A DNA stretch of 63,128 bases, filler included, from Octopus bimaculoides (GCF_001194135.2; 6 parts of 5 records of this genome joined end to end with filler, not necessarily neighbours in it), one strand, 5' to 3'; counted from the whole stretch's first letter, positions 12,250-25,239 are shown. The notes: generated from the letters alone by a model not told the origin. Made by a program: numbers and translations.

Positions 12250-13250
12250 AGCATTATTAATATCAGTACACCATGGTAAGTATCATGCTCTCTTAAGGTA
12301 AAAATATTCTATATCGTTCTAATAGAAATTCGATTGAAACTTCGAATGGGTTTTTCACCTATAAGTATTTGTATTTAGATGATTACAATAAACATTTCCA
12401 TCACGTCAAGGGTCAATAAAATTTACTTCTAAATTAATCCGTTTCCGGAGATGTAATTAATTTATGATAGCCATTTTGTTTTCTTCAGAACAATTTAAGA
12501 AGACTTATTTAATATACTTTTCCAAAAGTTTCTAGGTTATTATTTAAGGAAATGTTTATGATATGTTGAAGAAGGCCACTGATTTTGGGAACATTTTTAA
12601 AGTCATGTTTCGACATTGCATTTGACAATTTTATGCGTTATAGTAAAGCCTTGGTGGAAAACAATAGAATGCCGCTATAATTTTTTTGTGTAGTGAATAT
12701 TAAAATTTTTTTATTTGTGAAAAACATTCTTCAGTTAATATGATATTTGGGTATTCTGAGATTTGTGCGGGTGAGGTGACAAATAGAAAGGAATGGATTG
12801 GAAGAAACTGAGAATAACAGAAGTCGTGGAAAGTGAGAAAAAATTATATGAATCTTTGAGGAAATAAATATGATTAAGAAGAGAAGCCTACAGCTTGCAA
12901 GGAAAATGCCTAGATGTGTAGTTGAATGTCAGTTTATGTTCGAAGGTGTAATATAAACGATAATTAAATTTGTTACAAAATATGATTTGTAGAAGGGTAA
13001 TACAAAGAGATGTGACTGGATATGACAATGAATTAACAGAATTATTCATACATGAAATGTAAATTACGAATGTCTGTAGGTAAGTAGGACGATCATATAA
13101 AAATAACAACGGTGGGATACATGAAAAATTATTAAGTAAGCATAAAACTTCAACAAGCATTAGGATTGAAGTATTAGTATTTAAGTAAACGTTGACTAAA
13201 ATACAGGCAATAATGAGACGAAAGGTTTGATACAAGAAGAATTTGGGGAG
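12250..13250 (-). mobile_element. Possible old Penelope-like RT relic
   Basis: Weak similarity only (P.L..Y.R.TYLQTFVI, HPHKSQ..I.Y); heavily decayed. Confidence 0.3.
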
Positions 13251-15566
13251 TAGAGCTTAAGTAAATTCATGATACTCATCCACGCTAGTCATGCGTTCTA
13301 CTATGCAACCCCCTTTCCAAAATATGATATATTTTTACACAAAGCAAGTGAAGAATTTTCAACAATGTCTCTTCCCGTATCGCGGTTTCTTATCATGTCT
13401 ATATATACTACAATATGTTAAGCATGTTTCTGGATAGATTGGATGGATGGATGGATGGATGGATGGATGGATGGATGAATATCGATCGCTATGCATATAT
13501 TTATACTATAGAACAACGAAGGATTCATGTTATTTCCGTTTCCAAGAGAGTTGTTCTTGTCCCGCATTACATATCGAAGGCCACGAGCAATTTTATGTGG
13601 AATATATATGCATTTGAAAGTTATGATTCTATTCGTAATTCAAGAATTATACTAAATTAATAACTATATAACCTGAATGTTTGCAATTCAATTATGGGAT
13701 AAACATAATGTTGCTACATCTTGTTGAATGCTAATTATCATAGTTTAAACAAAAAAATCTCTACATGGGACATTTATATATTATAAATAATTTTATAAGT
13801 ACTATTGTCTACAAACAATATTGTAGGCTACAAATATTTTTCTAATTCAAACTAAGACAATTGTCATATATGAGTTTGTGTATCTTTAGTAAAATTTATT
13901 TCCCCAAGTGAAATAATCAACATTCATATACCTGAATCTTTCTGGAATATTTTCCCTTTTACTTCGCGGTAAACTTATTTCTCCTAACTCATTGTACAAA
14001 TGCATGGAGTTATGTTAATTTCACAATTCGTAGATTCTTTGTAAAGTTATGTAGGTATTTTAATTATTTAACTCCTGTCTTTATACTTATTGTTTTCCAG
14101 ATATATCTATATATATTTATTTATTTGTTGGTTATTTTCTTTAAGCAATTGCAAATCATTGCTGGAATAGAATTCAATCTTAAGTGCTACACACTTAACT
14201 TTATTGAATAAGAACATTTCCGATGAGACACTTGAAATATGTTGCACTAGCAGAAATGCAATTTAAATTGTGTGCATTATGGAAGAATAATATTCATGTT
14301 CCAAGTTATTGCTTTATAACGTTTGACATGAAGAAGAAAAATAATTCTATTTTCTCATATGAATTATACAACGTTATTGAGTCTCAAGCAATTCTTTTCT
14401 GATGTCATCTCCACTAAATGGGATATGCATTCTATCTGAATATTCACAGCTCAATTTTATCTGAATATTCGGTGCTCCACGGTTTTAGATCATTTTAAAG
14501 ATACAGCCGTAAATATAAATATTCCTTCCACGCGGATAAGGTCACATATTTATAAGAAACAGGTTATAAACATATTGAACAATCACACCTCGTTTAACTT
14601 TATTGGAATATTCCGCAATAAATAGAATACAGAAAGTAAATGCTGTGTCCACAATTTCATGTAATTGCTTGTAAAATTAGCAGATTACTGAAATACAATT
14701 CAAAATCAGGATTGGATCCACAGGATTGTGACATTTCCAAAGTACTTATTTTTCTGAGAGATTGTGTTCATCTCGATTACATGATAAAAACGATGTCACT
14801 AAAACTGGACCGACGCTGCTTTAATCTATTACCTAATTTCATAACCTCCAGAATTTGAGGTAGCACATATTAGTCGGCGCTGGCAAGAAATAATCCATGG
14901 AAAAATGTGGTTGTTAAAATATACACATATAACAAGGAAAAGCCCAAACGGTTTAATATGCTGGGCAGGTGATAGAGGTCTATGCATCCAATAATTTTCA
15001 TTTCCACACGGAAAATATATTTATATATTTATTTTAACTGATGCCCTTTATTCGTTTTCATGTATATTGATGCATAAATGTTGAGAAGAATAAAACAAAG
15101 AGCTTCTGAAAATCATTTTCGGAATGCTGTAATGCACAGCACGAGAAAGATTATTTGTAGTAGCGACATCCACGTTTACATTATACAAAACAATACAAGA
15201 GATAGAGAGAGAAAAAGATATATTCAACAAATTGTGGTGAAAGAAGGAAAATAATAGGAATACAAATCATATACAAAATATTCTTTCAGTTAGTAAAACA
15301 TTTGCTTTTACTTTCTCTTACATTTCTCTATTTACAGATATTAATTCTGCAAAGGAAATCTGCTTTAGAAGAAAAAGATAATACCGGCGCATTCGATGTT
15401 TGGGCGTCTCCTTAGTGAACATAATGACCTTGTACATGTTTCTTTATGATGTCAACTCTGCATGATCAATGAACAGGAAAGTTCTATATTTAAGAGATGA
15501 GGAATTATGTACATTATTTACATTATTCACATTTGACGGATATTTGTCCTCATCTTGTTTGTTGTT

Positions 15567-15612
15567 AACACAACGTTTCGGCTGATATACCCTCCAGCCT
15601 TCATCAGGTGTC
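15567..15612 (-). ncRNA. Minimal type I hammerhead ribozyme motif (left arm)
   Basis: GACAC-CUGAUGA-A-GGCUG(gagggtatat)CAGCC-GAAAC-GUU-GUGUU: stem I GACAC/GUGUU, stem II 5 bp, loopless palindromic stem III (AACGUU). Confidence 0.75.
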
Positions 15613-15730
15613 TTGGGGAAATTTCGAACCTGGGTTCTCATTCCTAAGTATTTTTCGATGTTGTTATTATTATTATTATAACTTCGAAAAATACCTTAGG
15701 AAGAAGAACCCACGTTCGAAATTTCCCTAA

Positions 15731-15776
15731 GACACCTGATGATGGCTGGAAGGAATATCAGCCGAAACGTTGTGTT
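15731..15776 (+). ncRNA. Minimal type I hammerhead ribozyme motif (right arm)
   Basis: GACAC-CTGATGA-T-GGCTG(gaaggaatat)CAGCC-GAAAC-GTT-GTGTT; differences from the left arm fall in the stem II loop and at the base after the core. Confidence 0.75.
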
Positions 15777-15964
15777 AACAACAAACAAAATGAGGACAAA
15801 TTTCCGTCAAATGTAAATAGTGTAAACAATGAATAGAAGTTTGTTTATGTTAATCGCAATCAAACCCCTTAATTTGTGTGATATAAAACACTGGGAATAT
15901 TGCAACAAGATCAGCAATTACGAAGCTTTGAATAATCAATTACACAGAGTCTAGTATTCAACTA

Positions 15965-16098
15965 TTACATATTTAACGACCCCATAAATGTGAGGTGGAA
16001 AGTCAATCAAGGCGGAATTTGAACTCGGAAGGAAAAGAGGATAGAAGTGCCGCTAAGCATTTTGTCCCGTGTGATGACAATTCTGTGGGTTCGCCGCC
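15965..16098 (-). mobile_element. tRNA-SINE family B, 5' part
   Basis: Reverse complement ggcggcgaacccacagaattgtc...gagttcaaattccgcc (A/B boxes). Confidence 0.6.
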
Positions 16099-16124
16099 AT
16101 CTTTAGCGTTAAGAATTACTCTTT

Positions 16125-16680
16125 TACTCTTTTACTTTTTTCAGTAATTTCACTGTCGCCGTGCTGTAGCACCGCCTTTAGTCGAGCAAATTGACCCCAG
16201 GACTTATTCTTTGTATGCCTGGTACTTATTCTATCGGTCTCTTTTGCCGAACCGCTAAGTTACGAGGATGTAAACACACCAGCATCGGTTGTCAAGCGAT
16301 GTTGGGGGTCAAACACAGACACACAANNNNNNNNNNNNNNNNNNNNNNNNNNNNNNNNNNNNNNNNNNNNNNNNNNNNNNNNNNNNNNNNNNNNNNNNNN
16401 NNNNNNNNNNNNNNNNNNNNNNNNNNNNNNNNNNNNNNNNNNNNNNNNNNNNNNNNNNNNNNNNNNNNNNNNNNNNNNNNNNNNNNNNNNNNNNNNNNNN
16501 NNNNNNNNNNNNNNNATATATATATATACATAAACATATATGCGACGGGCTTTTTCAGTTTCCCTCTACCAAATTCACTCACAAGGCTTTGGTCGGCCCG
16601 AGGCTATAGTAGAAGACACTTGGCCAAGGTGCCACGCAGTAGGACTGAACCCGCGACCATGTGGTTGGCAAGCAAGCTAC
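16125..16680 (-). mobile_element. CORE-type tRNA-SINE family A, gap in its internal microsatellite
   Basis: Both halves match the full copy at 47712-48158 in reverse. Confidence 0.8.
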
Positions 16681-17194
16681 AAGCAATTTCATGGAACAGA
16701 GTAAATCGATTGCATTGACCACACTAGTCAACTGTTCCATATATTATCGAACCCAAGACCATGAATAGCGAAGTCTACCTCACCGCCATTTGACCACTGA
16801 ACTCGAAAACGGACGAAATGCCGCAAAGCATTCTATCCGACATGCTAGCGATTCTACCAGCTCCCTCCCCGAGTAGTGTTAAATATTCGCACACAATTTT
16901 GACATTGGGCTATTAATTCCTTGGTAGGGATAACATCGATTGCGCCGATGCTAGTATACGATTAGTATCATTTTATTGGCCCAGAAAAGATGAAATGAAA
17001 AAAGCGATATCAGCGGTATTTGTGTATTATTAAGCTTTAAATGATTTTTAAGTCACGAAGAACAATATTTGAAAATAGATAAAAATCAAACCAGTGCACC
17101 TTATCAAAATTCGCCCAAATGTCGTTTTCCTTACGCAGCAATTCTTTTGCTCATAAAAATGCTGCATAGAAATATAGCCCCCCAAAAAATGATA

Positions 17195-17447
17195 GCAAAT
17201 GCGCCCTTCTAACGCCTAGCTAGGCTCATGGGCCGGATTTCCCGGTTTCAATGGCGTATCTGTTCCCCACATGGACGCAACGCCAGTCCATTGCGGGGTT
17301 ACTCGTTTTTGCCAGCTGAGTGAACTGGAGCTACGTGAAATGAAGTGTTTTGCTCAAGAACACAATGCGTCACCCGGTCCAGGAATCGAAACCACACTCT
17401 TATAATCACGGTGCTGAAACCCTAACCACTAAACCACGCGCCTTCAC
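17195..17447 (-). mobile_element. tRNA-derived SINE family D
   Basis: Reverse complement begins gaaggcgcgtggtttagtggttaggg...ggtttcgattcc, then gtgttcttgagcaaaacacttcat. Confidence 0.75.
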
Positions 17448-19763
17448 AAATATACCAAAGCTTACCATTATTAAATATACTACTACAGCTAAAAATCATG
17501 AACATTATGCCATTAACTAATAATACCATTTCATGTAATTAACGAGTTCCTGACTAATGAAGTCGCAAGTAATTCTCAATCGCAATGGACGGATCTTCTA
17601 TAAAAAGAGTTAGCTTGGTTCACGCGTTATGTATTGCTCAAGTGAGTATATTACATTAAGATGTAAATTACTTCAAATCCATCACTGTAAAAGACATATA
17701 CAGGTCAGTAATAATAGCATCAATATTATTTGGTCAAAAGTTAAGGATCATTTGAAACAGTTTTAATGAGGATAATGAGTGTTTATGTAAGATTATTATT
17801 CCAAACGGGTATAAAGATTCAATGGAATTGCCTCAAAGCGTTTACGGATATATGTGTAGTTCTTGATTAAAATGTCAAATAAAGACAATTTAACGCTTGA
17901 AGGTGAAACTTGTGTGAGATATTTGGCAAACACATTTGAAGAAATTGAATTTATAAAATAAGCAAATTCAAATTGTTTATGTTTCTCTTTGTTCTTCTTC
18001 ATGCTCCTCTTTATGTTCCCGGAACTATGTCAGAAAAAAAAATTTCGTGTTATATGTCCTCAATTAGAGCGTGGTAGCTTATATTGTTTACGCCATTGTG
18101 ATTCATAAAGAAAAAACACTGACCGGTAATGTAAATTATACTTGTTTTATTTTATTTTAAATTTTAGATGATAAATATTTTCACTACATCAAATATCACC
18201 TGTTGATCTACCAAATAATATATTTCTCATCCGGACAAAATGTATAAAATAATGTATTGGAATACTAAGTCTATATTATGAAACAAAAATCGGACAATGA
18301 TGTTTCTTTCTCCGTAAATGGAAAGGAGTAAAACCCATATTTATGTCGACTAACGGAGAAGTTACCAAACAGTTTTCATTTCAATATTAGCATGAAAACA
18401 GTTTTCGTGCTGTAAGCTACATAAAGCAGAACAAAGGATATCGAAAGAGAAAATTAACACCGGTTTGAAGAATAAGAAGAGAAAACTTTACTCGGGTTTA
18501 AAACTTGATATGTGTGATCCTAAATGACCATGATTTCTCGCAACAAGTACAAATATCTCACTCAATTGAGATTGTCAAACATTCACTCGAGAAATTATAT
18601 TAGTTTATCAACTTACATCTGAAAAATTCAATGTACTCATTTGAAGGAAATGTAAACACATTCTTGAAATTTGATATTACTTTGAACGACAAAATCTTCA
18701 AGTTATTAATAGTGTCTTGAATTTTTTTTTAATATTATTTTACCCGGTATCCATTGTGCTCAGTGTCTGATATATTTATAGACTAGACGTACAGAATTCA
18801 ACATTGTTACTTTGAACAAATGCATAATTTTCACGACTAATTCCTAACCTTTTGCTCTATCATTTACCTTTTATCCTTTCCTGCATAAATCTAACTTGTT
18901 CAGATGCTCCTAAAATATCTCCATATACGTGTCGAATATTAATATTTGGTTATATTATATAGGAAACCTAATTCCCGCAATAGTGCAATATAAATCGTAT
19001 ATTTCGTAATATAATACATCACCCACTTGCAAAAATAACCTATTATACTTTAAAGTGCTTTCAGGATTTGTACCAAATAAAATACTTCGATATAACTGTA
19101 GGGATATCTCAGCAATAAGTTCAGTGTGAATAAAATCTTGATTTATTAGCGAAGAACATAAACTTGTTCACAATTTCACTGTATCTTACATTATTCTAAC
19201 ACTATGTTGTTCAACGTTTTTTAATAAACCAACAAATTTCACACTTCGATAAGTCACTTACACAACGACGCGAAATTAAGCAAAAACTGCCTTCAGTGTA
19301 TTCACATTTGCTGTAGCAATATACAGTGCACAATCATATCTACATATATCTATCCTAATGCTTTTCCAATGTGAGATTGTGTATCATTCTAAGGTTTGAC
19401 AGGAATTCGTTGTTAAGAATTATCGTGTATTTCCTCAACCCTTATACTCTCTGTTGCTTTTTATATTGTTTTATTGATAGCGTTTTTATATTTCCTCATA
19501 TCCTGTGTGACAATAACATATGTATTGTTTAGATAAATATTACAGATTATTTCGTACTGTTCAGAATATTGATATGCGGTTTATATACGTTCATATTAGA
19601 AGCATGAATCACAATTAGATCCAACATTCTGCATTGCGAAAAATCTTTCAAACTATCCAGAATTTCAAATTAGTTGATGAGTAATTGATCCCTTACTGTC
19701 AGATTCTCACCTCTTTTACAGACATTTATGTTACTGTCTTTAATCAGCAAAACTTATATCTAC

Positions 19764-19915
19764 AGGAGTGGCTGCGTGGTATGTAGCTTGCTTACCAACT
19801 ACATGTTCCCGGTTCATACCCACTGCGCGGCACCTTGGGCAAGTGTCTTCTACTATAGCTTCGGGCCAACCAAAGAATTGTGAGTGGATTTGGTAGACGG
19901 AAATTGAAAGAAGCC
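19764..19915 (+). mobile_element. CORE-type SINE family A head
   Basis: ggagtggctgcgtgg...caccttgggcaagtgtcttctactatag. Confidence 0.75.
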
Positions 19916-20104
19916 TATATATTATATATTGTATATTATATTATATATTGTATATTCCATATTCTATATCCCACATTGGTTTTGCAGGAATATAAATAAA
20001 ACATAAAAAACAGACAGTGTTGGAACTCTTTTAAACAAAATAATATATTCCTCTATACACAATCATACAAAAAAAAACCTTTTTTTGTATTTATTTTTAC
20101 TCGC

Positions 20105-20204
20105 NNNNNNNNNNNNNNNNNNNNNNNNNNNNNNNNNNNNNNNNNNNNTTAATTAATTAANNNNNNNNNNNNNNNNNNNNNNNNNNNNNNNNNNNNNNNN
20201 NNNN
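20105..20204. other. Assembly linker gap N44-TTAATTAATTAA-N44
   Basis: Same 100-bp structure; TEP exons begin 374 bp downstream. Confidence 0.95.
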
Positions 20205-20577
20205 GCCTCAGGCTGACCAAGGCTTTATGAGTGGATTTGGAAAGAAGTCCATCATATATCATCATCATCATCGTTTAACGTCCGCTTTCCATGCTAGCAT
20301 GGGTTGGACGATTTGACTGAGGACTGGTGAAACCGGATGGCAACACCAGGCTCCAATCTAAATTTGGCAGAGTTTCTACAGCTGGATGCCCTTGTGTGTG
20401 TGTATGTAAATGTGTATAGGTGAAAAAGAAAACTTCATAAACTGCAGGAGCTGCTCCAAAGCTCCTCTTCTGAATCCTTAACTTTTACAAATGTACGGGC
20501 CAAAGGGCAAAGTGCATGTGACCCTTGCCACAAGTACGACCTTTGTTAAAGCTTTCCATTTCCTGTTTCATTTATAG

Positions 20578-20743
20578 GTTGACAGCTTATGTGATTAAAT
20601 GCTTCTGTAAAGCAAAACACCAGATGAAAGGTGTAACAATTGACAGCAAAGTGATAGAGAGAGCAGTGTCTTGGTTACTCGAACAGCAGCAAAAAGATGG
20701 GTCGTTTAAAGAAGTTGGCAATGTCATCCATAAAGGTATGCAG
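20578..20743 (+). CDS. Thioester-containing protein (TEP/CD109-like, A2M family), thioester-domain exon with catalytic His
   Basis: tttatag|G..CAG|gtgag; (W)LTAYVIKCFCKAK...AVSWLLEQQQKDGSFKEVGNVIHKGMQ matches WLTAFV..F...GSF...G.VIH..MQGG. Confidence 0.9.
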
Positions 20744-22186
20744 GTGAGTATCGTAGACAAAGTAGGAAATGAGAATGTTTAAAAAAGTAAAGTGTGTGAT
20801 GAGAAGTTTATTTCGCAAACGAATGGAGTTGGGTTCAGTCCCACAGCGTGCTACTTTGGGCAGGTGTCTTCTACTGCAGCCCCAGGCCAAGCAAAGCTTT
20901 GTGAGTGGATTTGGTTCTCAGAAAATGAAACAAGCCTCTCATGTATGCACGCACGCACACAAACACACACAGATATATATATAAACACACACACGATGGG
21001 CTTCTTTCAGGTTTTGACTTCCAAACCCACACATAAGGCTTTTGGTCAGCTTGAGGCTAAAGTAAAAAACACAGTGGGACTGAACCCAATACAATGTTGT
21101 CACAAAGTAATCTTCTTATCCACTCTGCTATGCCTATTGTGTTCTGATATTTATATGTGATATCTTTATGTTATATCTCTTGTCTGTATATATGAATAAT
21201 ATCTCTCCTCTTTTATATTTTCCATCTAGGGTGGAACNNNNNNNNNNGCAGTCAAATGACTGAAACAAGTAAAAGAATAAAAGAATAAAGAATATATGTG
21301 TGTGTAAATGTGTACAAGTGAAAAAGAAGACATCATAAACTGCAGAAGCTGCTCCAAAGCTCCTCTTCTGAATCCTTAACTTTTACAAATGTACGGGCCA
21401 AAGGGCAAAGTGCATGTGACCCTTGCCACAAGTACGACCTTTGTTAAAGCTTTCCATTTCCTGTTTCATNNNNNNNNNNNNNNNNNNNNNNNNNNNNNNN
21501 NNNNNNNNNNNNNNNNNNNNNNNNNNNNNNNNNNNNNNNNNNNNNNNNNNNNNNNNNNNNNNNNNNNNNNNNNNNNNNNNNNNNNNNNNNNNNNNNNNNN
21601 NNNNNNNNNNNNNNNNNNNNNNNNNNNNNNNNNNNNNNNNNNNNNNNNNNNNNNNNNNNNNNNNNNNNNNNNNNNNNNNNNNNNNNNNNNNNNNNNNNNN
21701 NNNNNNNNNNNNNNNNNNNNNNNNNNNNNNNNNNNNNNNNNNNNNNNNNNNNNNNNNNNNNNNNNNNNNNNNNNNNNNNNNNNNNNNNNNNNNNNNNNNN
21801 NNNNNNNNNNNNNNNNNNNNNNNNNNNNNNNNNNNNNNNNNNNNNNNNNNNNNNNNNNNNNNNNNNNNNNNNNNNNNNNNNNNNNNNNNNNNNNNNNNNN
21901 NNNNNNNNNNNNNNNNNNNNNNNNNNNNNNNNNNNNNNNNNNNNNNNNNNNNNNNNNNNNNNNNNNNNNNNNNNNNNNNNNTGGTCAGCTTGAGGCTAAA
22001 GTAAAAAACACTTGTGTAAGGTGCCACACAGTGGGACTGAACCCAATACAATGTTGTCACAAAGTAATCTTCTTATCCACTCTGCCATGCCTATTGTGTT
22101 ATGATATTTATATGTGATATCTTTATGTTATATCTCTTGTCTGTATATATGAATAATATCTCTCCTCTTTTATATTTTCCATCTAG

Positions 22187-22261
22187 GGTGGAACATCCTC
22201 CGGTGTTACCCTGACTGCTTTCGTTACAATCAGTTTCCTACAGTGCCAAGAACTGAATGTG
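22187..22261 (+). CDS. TEP/CD109-like exon (GGTSSGVTLTAFVTISFLQCQELNV)
   Basis: ctag|GGT..GTG|gtaag, 75 nt, in phase with the preceding exon; LTAFV motif. Confidence 0.9.
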
Positions 22262-22819
22262 GTAAGTTAATCCCTAACACACACAAGATGCATTCCAGAA
22301 GTTCTAAGACTGTTTTAGGAGAGGCAGTTATAACTGTCTCAGATTATTGTAGCTTCAGTCTATCATTACTCTACATCTAATAAGCTGACCTGCCAACTTC
22401 TGTTATTCCAGTTTGAAGGAGCTGGCTATAACAGCACTTTGAACTGTACTAAACACTACATTTTTTCAACTAACTAGTTTGAAGAATGTAGTTGGGATGT
22501 AAAGGCGATTTGCTATGCAATAAAGTTTTGCATGCAGTAACTGTACATATAAAATAACAAGAATGGACAATCACAGTTCAGTGCAAAATATTTCTGAAGT
22601 AAAATATCCATCATGTGTTTGTTGTGGTGGGAAATGGTCTTTATATTATGATGTAATGCACAGGTAATTTGATTGTTGTCTTACTACTGAAACATGTTAC
22701 ATTGAGCTGTACTTGTTCATTGGGATTCTGTCAGTTCTACCGAGATTGAGGTAAATATCTCTCACCATGGCATTCGTATAGTCACTCACTTTTATGAGTA
22801 GAAATGTGAGATGACTTTA

Positions 22820-23205
22820 ACTGCTCCAAGATTACCATCATCATCACCACCACCACCCACACCACCAACACTATCATTTACCACTGCCACCTTCACCACA
22901 CCCATTACTATTATCACACTACTACCATGACCACAACTACCACCACCACCACTATCACACCACCAACACTATATTATATACCACAACCAACTTTCATCAC
23001 ACCCATTAATATTATCACACTACTACCACTACCATCACCACCACTACCATCATTGCCATACCTACTATCACCTCTACCACCACCACTCCCACCATCCCTG
23101 TGACGATAATATCAATGATGACGATGACAACAACAATGACCACCACCACCACCACCACCACCACCACCACCACTACTACTACTACTACGACTATTTACTA
23201 CCTTG
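22820..23205. repeat. (CAC/CAT/CTA)n low-complexity tract
   Basis: Degenerate trinucleotide repeats. Confidence 0.85.
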
Positions 23206-23244
23206 TGTTATTGTTACTATTCCATTAATGTTACATTTGTTCAG

Positions 23245-23321
23245 GTCAACGTTACATACTCACTCAAAAGACCAGCTGAATATCTCCGAACTTGGGTCAA
23301 CAACAGGCGGGCCAAGGATGC
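23245..23321 (+). CDS. TEP/CD109-like exon, 3' end lost in gap (VNVTYSLKRPAEYLRTWVNNRRAKD...)
   Basis: tttgttcag|GTC acceptor, phase 0, position fits the thioester domain; runs into Ns. Confidence 0.7.
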
Positions 23322-23996
23322 NNNNNNNNNNNNNNNNNNNNNNNNNNNNNNNNNNNNNNNNNNNNNNNNNNNNNNNNNNNNNNNNNNNNNNNNNNNNNNN
23401 NNNNNNNNNNNNNNNNNNNNNNNNNNNNNNNNNNNNNNNNNNNNNNNNNNNNNNNNNNNNNNNNNNNNNNNNNNNNNNNNNNNNNNNNNNNNNNNNNNNN
23501 NNNNNNNNNNNNNNNNNNNNNNNNNNNNNNNNNNNNNNNNNNNNNNNNNNNNNNNNNNNNNNNNNNNNNNNNNNNNNNNNNNNNNNNNNNNNNNNNNNNN
23601 NNNNNNNNNNNNNNNNNNNNNNNNNNNNNNNNNNNNNNNNNNNNNNNNNNNNNNNNNNNNNNNNNNNNNNNNNNNNNNNNNNNATATATACACACATACA
23701 TATATATATATATATGTGTGTTTTTATATTATTAATAAATTCATAAAATTATCAATAATATAGCAGGAAATCAATATTTAATATTTAAGTTTCGAAAGAT
23801 ATATATCCAATATGACGTGGTAATATAAATTAAAAAATTTAAGATATACGAAATATAAATATAAATATATATAAAAATATGAATGTAGATAAAGATACAT
23901 GTGAATATAAATGCATATAAAATTTTTTGCGTAATTGAGCATGAATATTATAAAGTCTAAAATTTTAAAAAGTCTAAAATTAAAAAATAAATTAAA

Positions 23997-24084
23997 CATC
24001 TGACGATCGTTTCGCGGATGTTATTCTAACCACAATGTAATCAAAAGATCAGCATACTATCAATAATTCCGCTCTTCAGAGATG
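23997..24084 (-). ncRNA. Type I hammerhead ribozyme motif with canonical GUC site, at a Penelope-like tail
   Basis: CAUCU-CUGAAGA-GCGGA...UCCGC-GAAAC-GAUC-GUC-AGAUG; all three stems pair and the stem III loop is palindromic. Confidence 0.8.
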
Positions 24085-24529
24085 AATGGATTTATAATCT
24101 ATGTATTAAGAACGAATGGTATATGTAATATTAATTAAAATATTAAAAAATATTAAAAATATTAAAGTGTATACTGTCCTTTAAAGAAATTGTAAAATTA
24201 ATCCTCCTATAATTTGGAAAGTTCATTTTTTTATCCTTTGTTGAAATATTAAGTGAAATATATTTTGTATCTTTTCATTTGTCTGCTCGCTTATGTTCTG
24301 GCGTTTGCTGAATTTTCTTGAGAACAATCTCTTCTTGTCAGACCATAGGTGGTCTTCTTCTAGCATAATGGATGTCCACTTAGTGGTCATCCCTCTTATA
24401 TATATATGTAATATAATTTTTCTGAATCTTCAGATTTTTTCAATTTGCTAGGCCGCCACTGGTTTTAAATTGATATTAATCAAATTAATATTCAATTTTT
24501 CATGTGCATGTGTGATATTTACTTTCCAG

Positions 24530-24705
24530 GTGACAAGATGTATTGGGTGTCTTCATCATCAAGGATTGGTGGTTCGGCGTCTGTAGAAATAGCAGCATAT
24601 GTATTGTTGGCTTACAGTTACAAACACAAAGTGGGAGAAAGTATTCCCATTCAAAACTACCTTGTCAGTCAGCGAAACAGCCAGGGAGGTTTCTCTTCCA
24701 CACAG
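24530..24705 (+). CDS. TEP/CD109-like exon (GDKMYW...SVEIAAYVLLAY...SQRNSQGGFSSTQ)
   Basis: ttccag|GT..CAG|gttag; VE.AAY.LL and QRN..GGFSSTQ are A2M-family hallmarks. Confidence 0.92.
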
Positions 24706-25239
24706 GTTAGTTTATATCTGTATATACTTCAGTTTATACAGAGCTATATATATCTTTTTATGTATAAATATCTGTTTTCTTTCACTCGTTTCACTCATTT
24801 GACTGCAGCCATATTGGAGCATATTGAGGTGGGGGGGTTATATTTAGTTGAATTGTTAGACCCCCAGTTCTTTGAACCTTGTACTTGTTCTATCAATCAC
24901 CTTTGCAGAACTGCTAAGTTATGGGGATATGAACAAACCAAGACTGAAATAATACATTTCTAAATCTCTCAAAGAGATTTATGCAGTAGTGATACAATGA
25001 AGTAGTTGTATGCTGTCAACTTAATGTGACAGTCCCCTGAAGGGAATAATACTACTGTTGTTAACATTGCATGGTACTTGTAAACAAGTGTCACTGTCAT
25101 GCAAGCAGCGTCCTTCATTTCCAATCTTCTGTGAAAACATGTCTGGTCATGCAGTAATATTACCTCAATTGGAAACAGGAATAACATCCAACCATCGAAA
25201 ATCTGCCTCAACAAATTCTGTCCAAACCCATGCAAGGTT

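Larger units (their letters stand above)
15508..15830. mobile_element. Fold-back element made of two inverted Penelope-type pseudo-LTR arms around an (ATT)n spacer
   Basis: 15508-15658 is the reverse complement of about 15682-15830 with scattered substitutions. Confidence 0.85.

Noticed and set aside
15338-15420. Strong acceptor (tttctctatttacag) followed by short reading frames
   Set aside because: No recognisable protein and no partner exons; could be a terminal exon, but unsupported.
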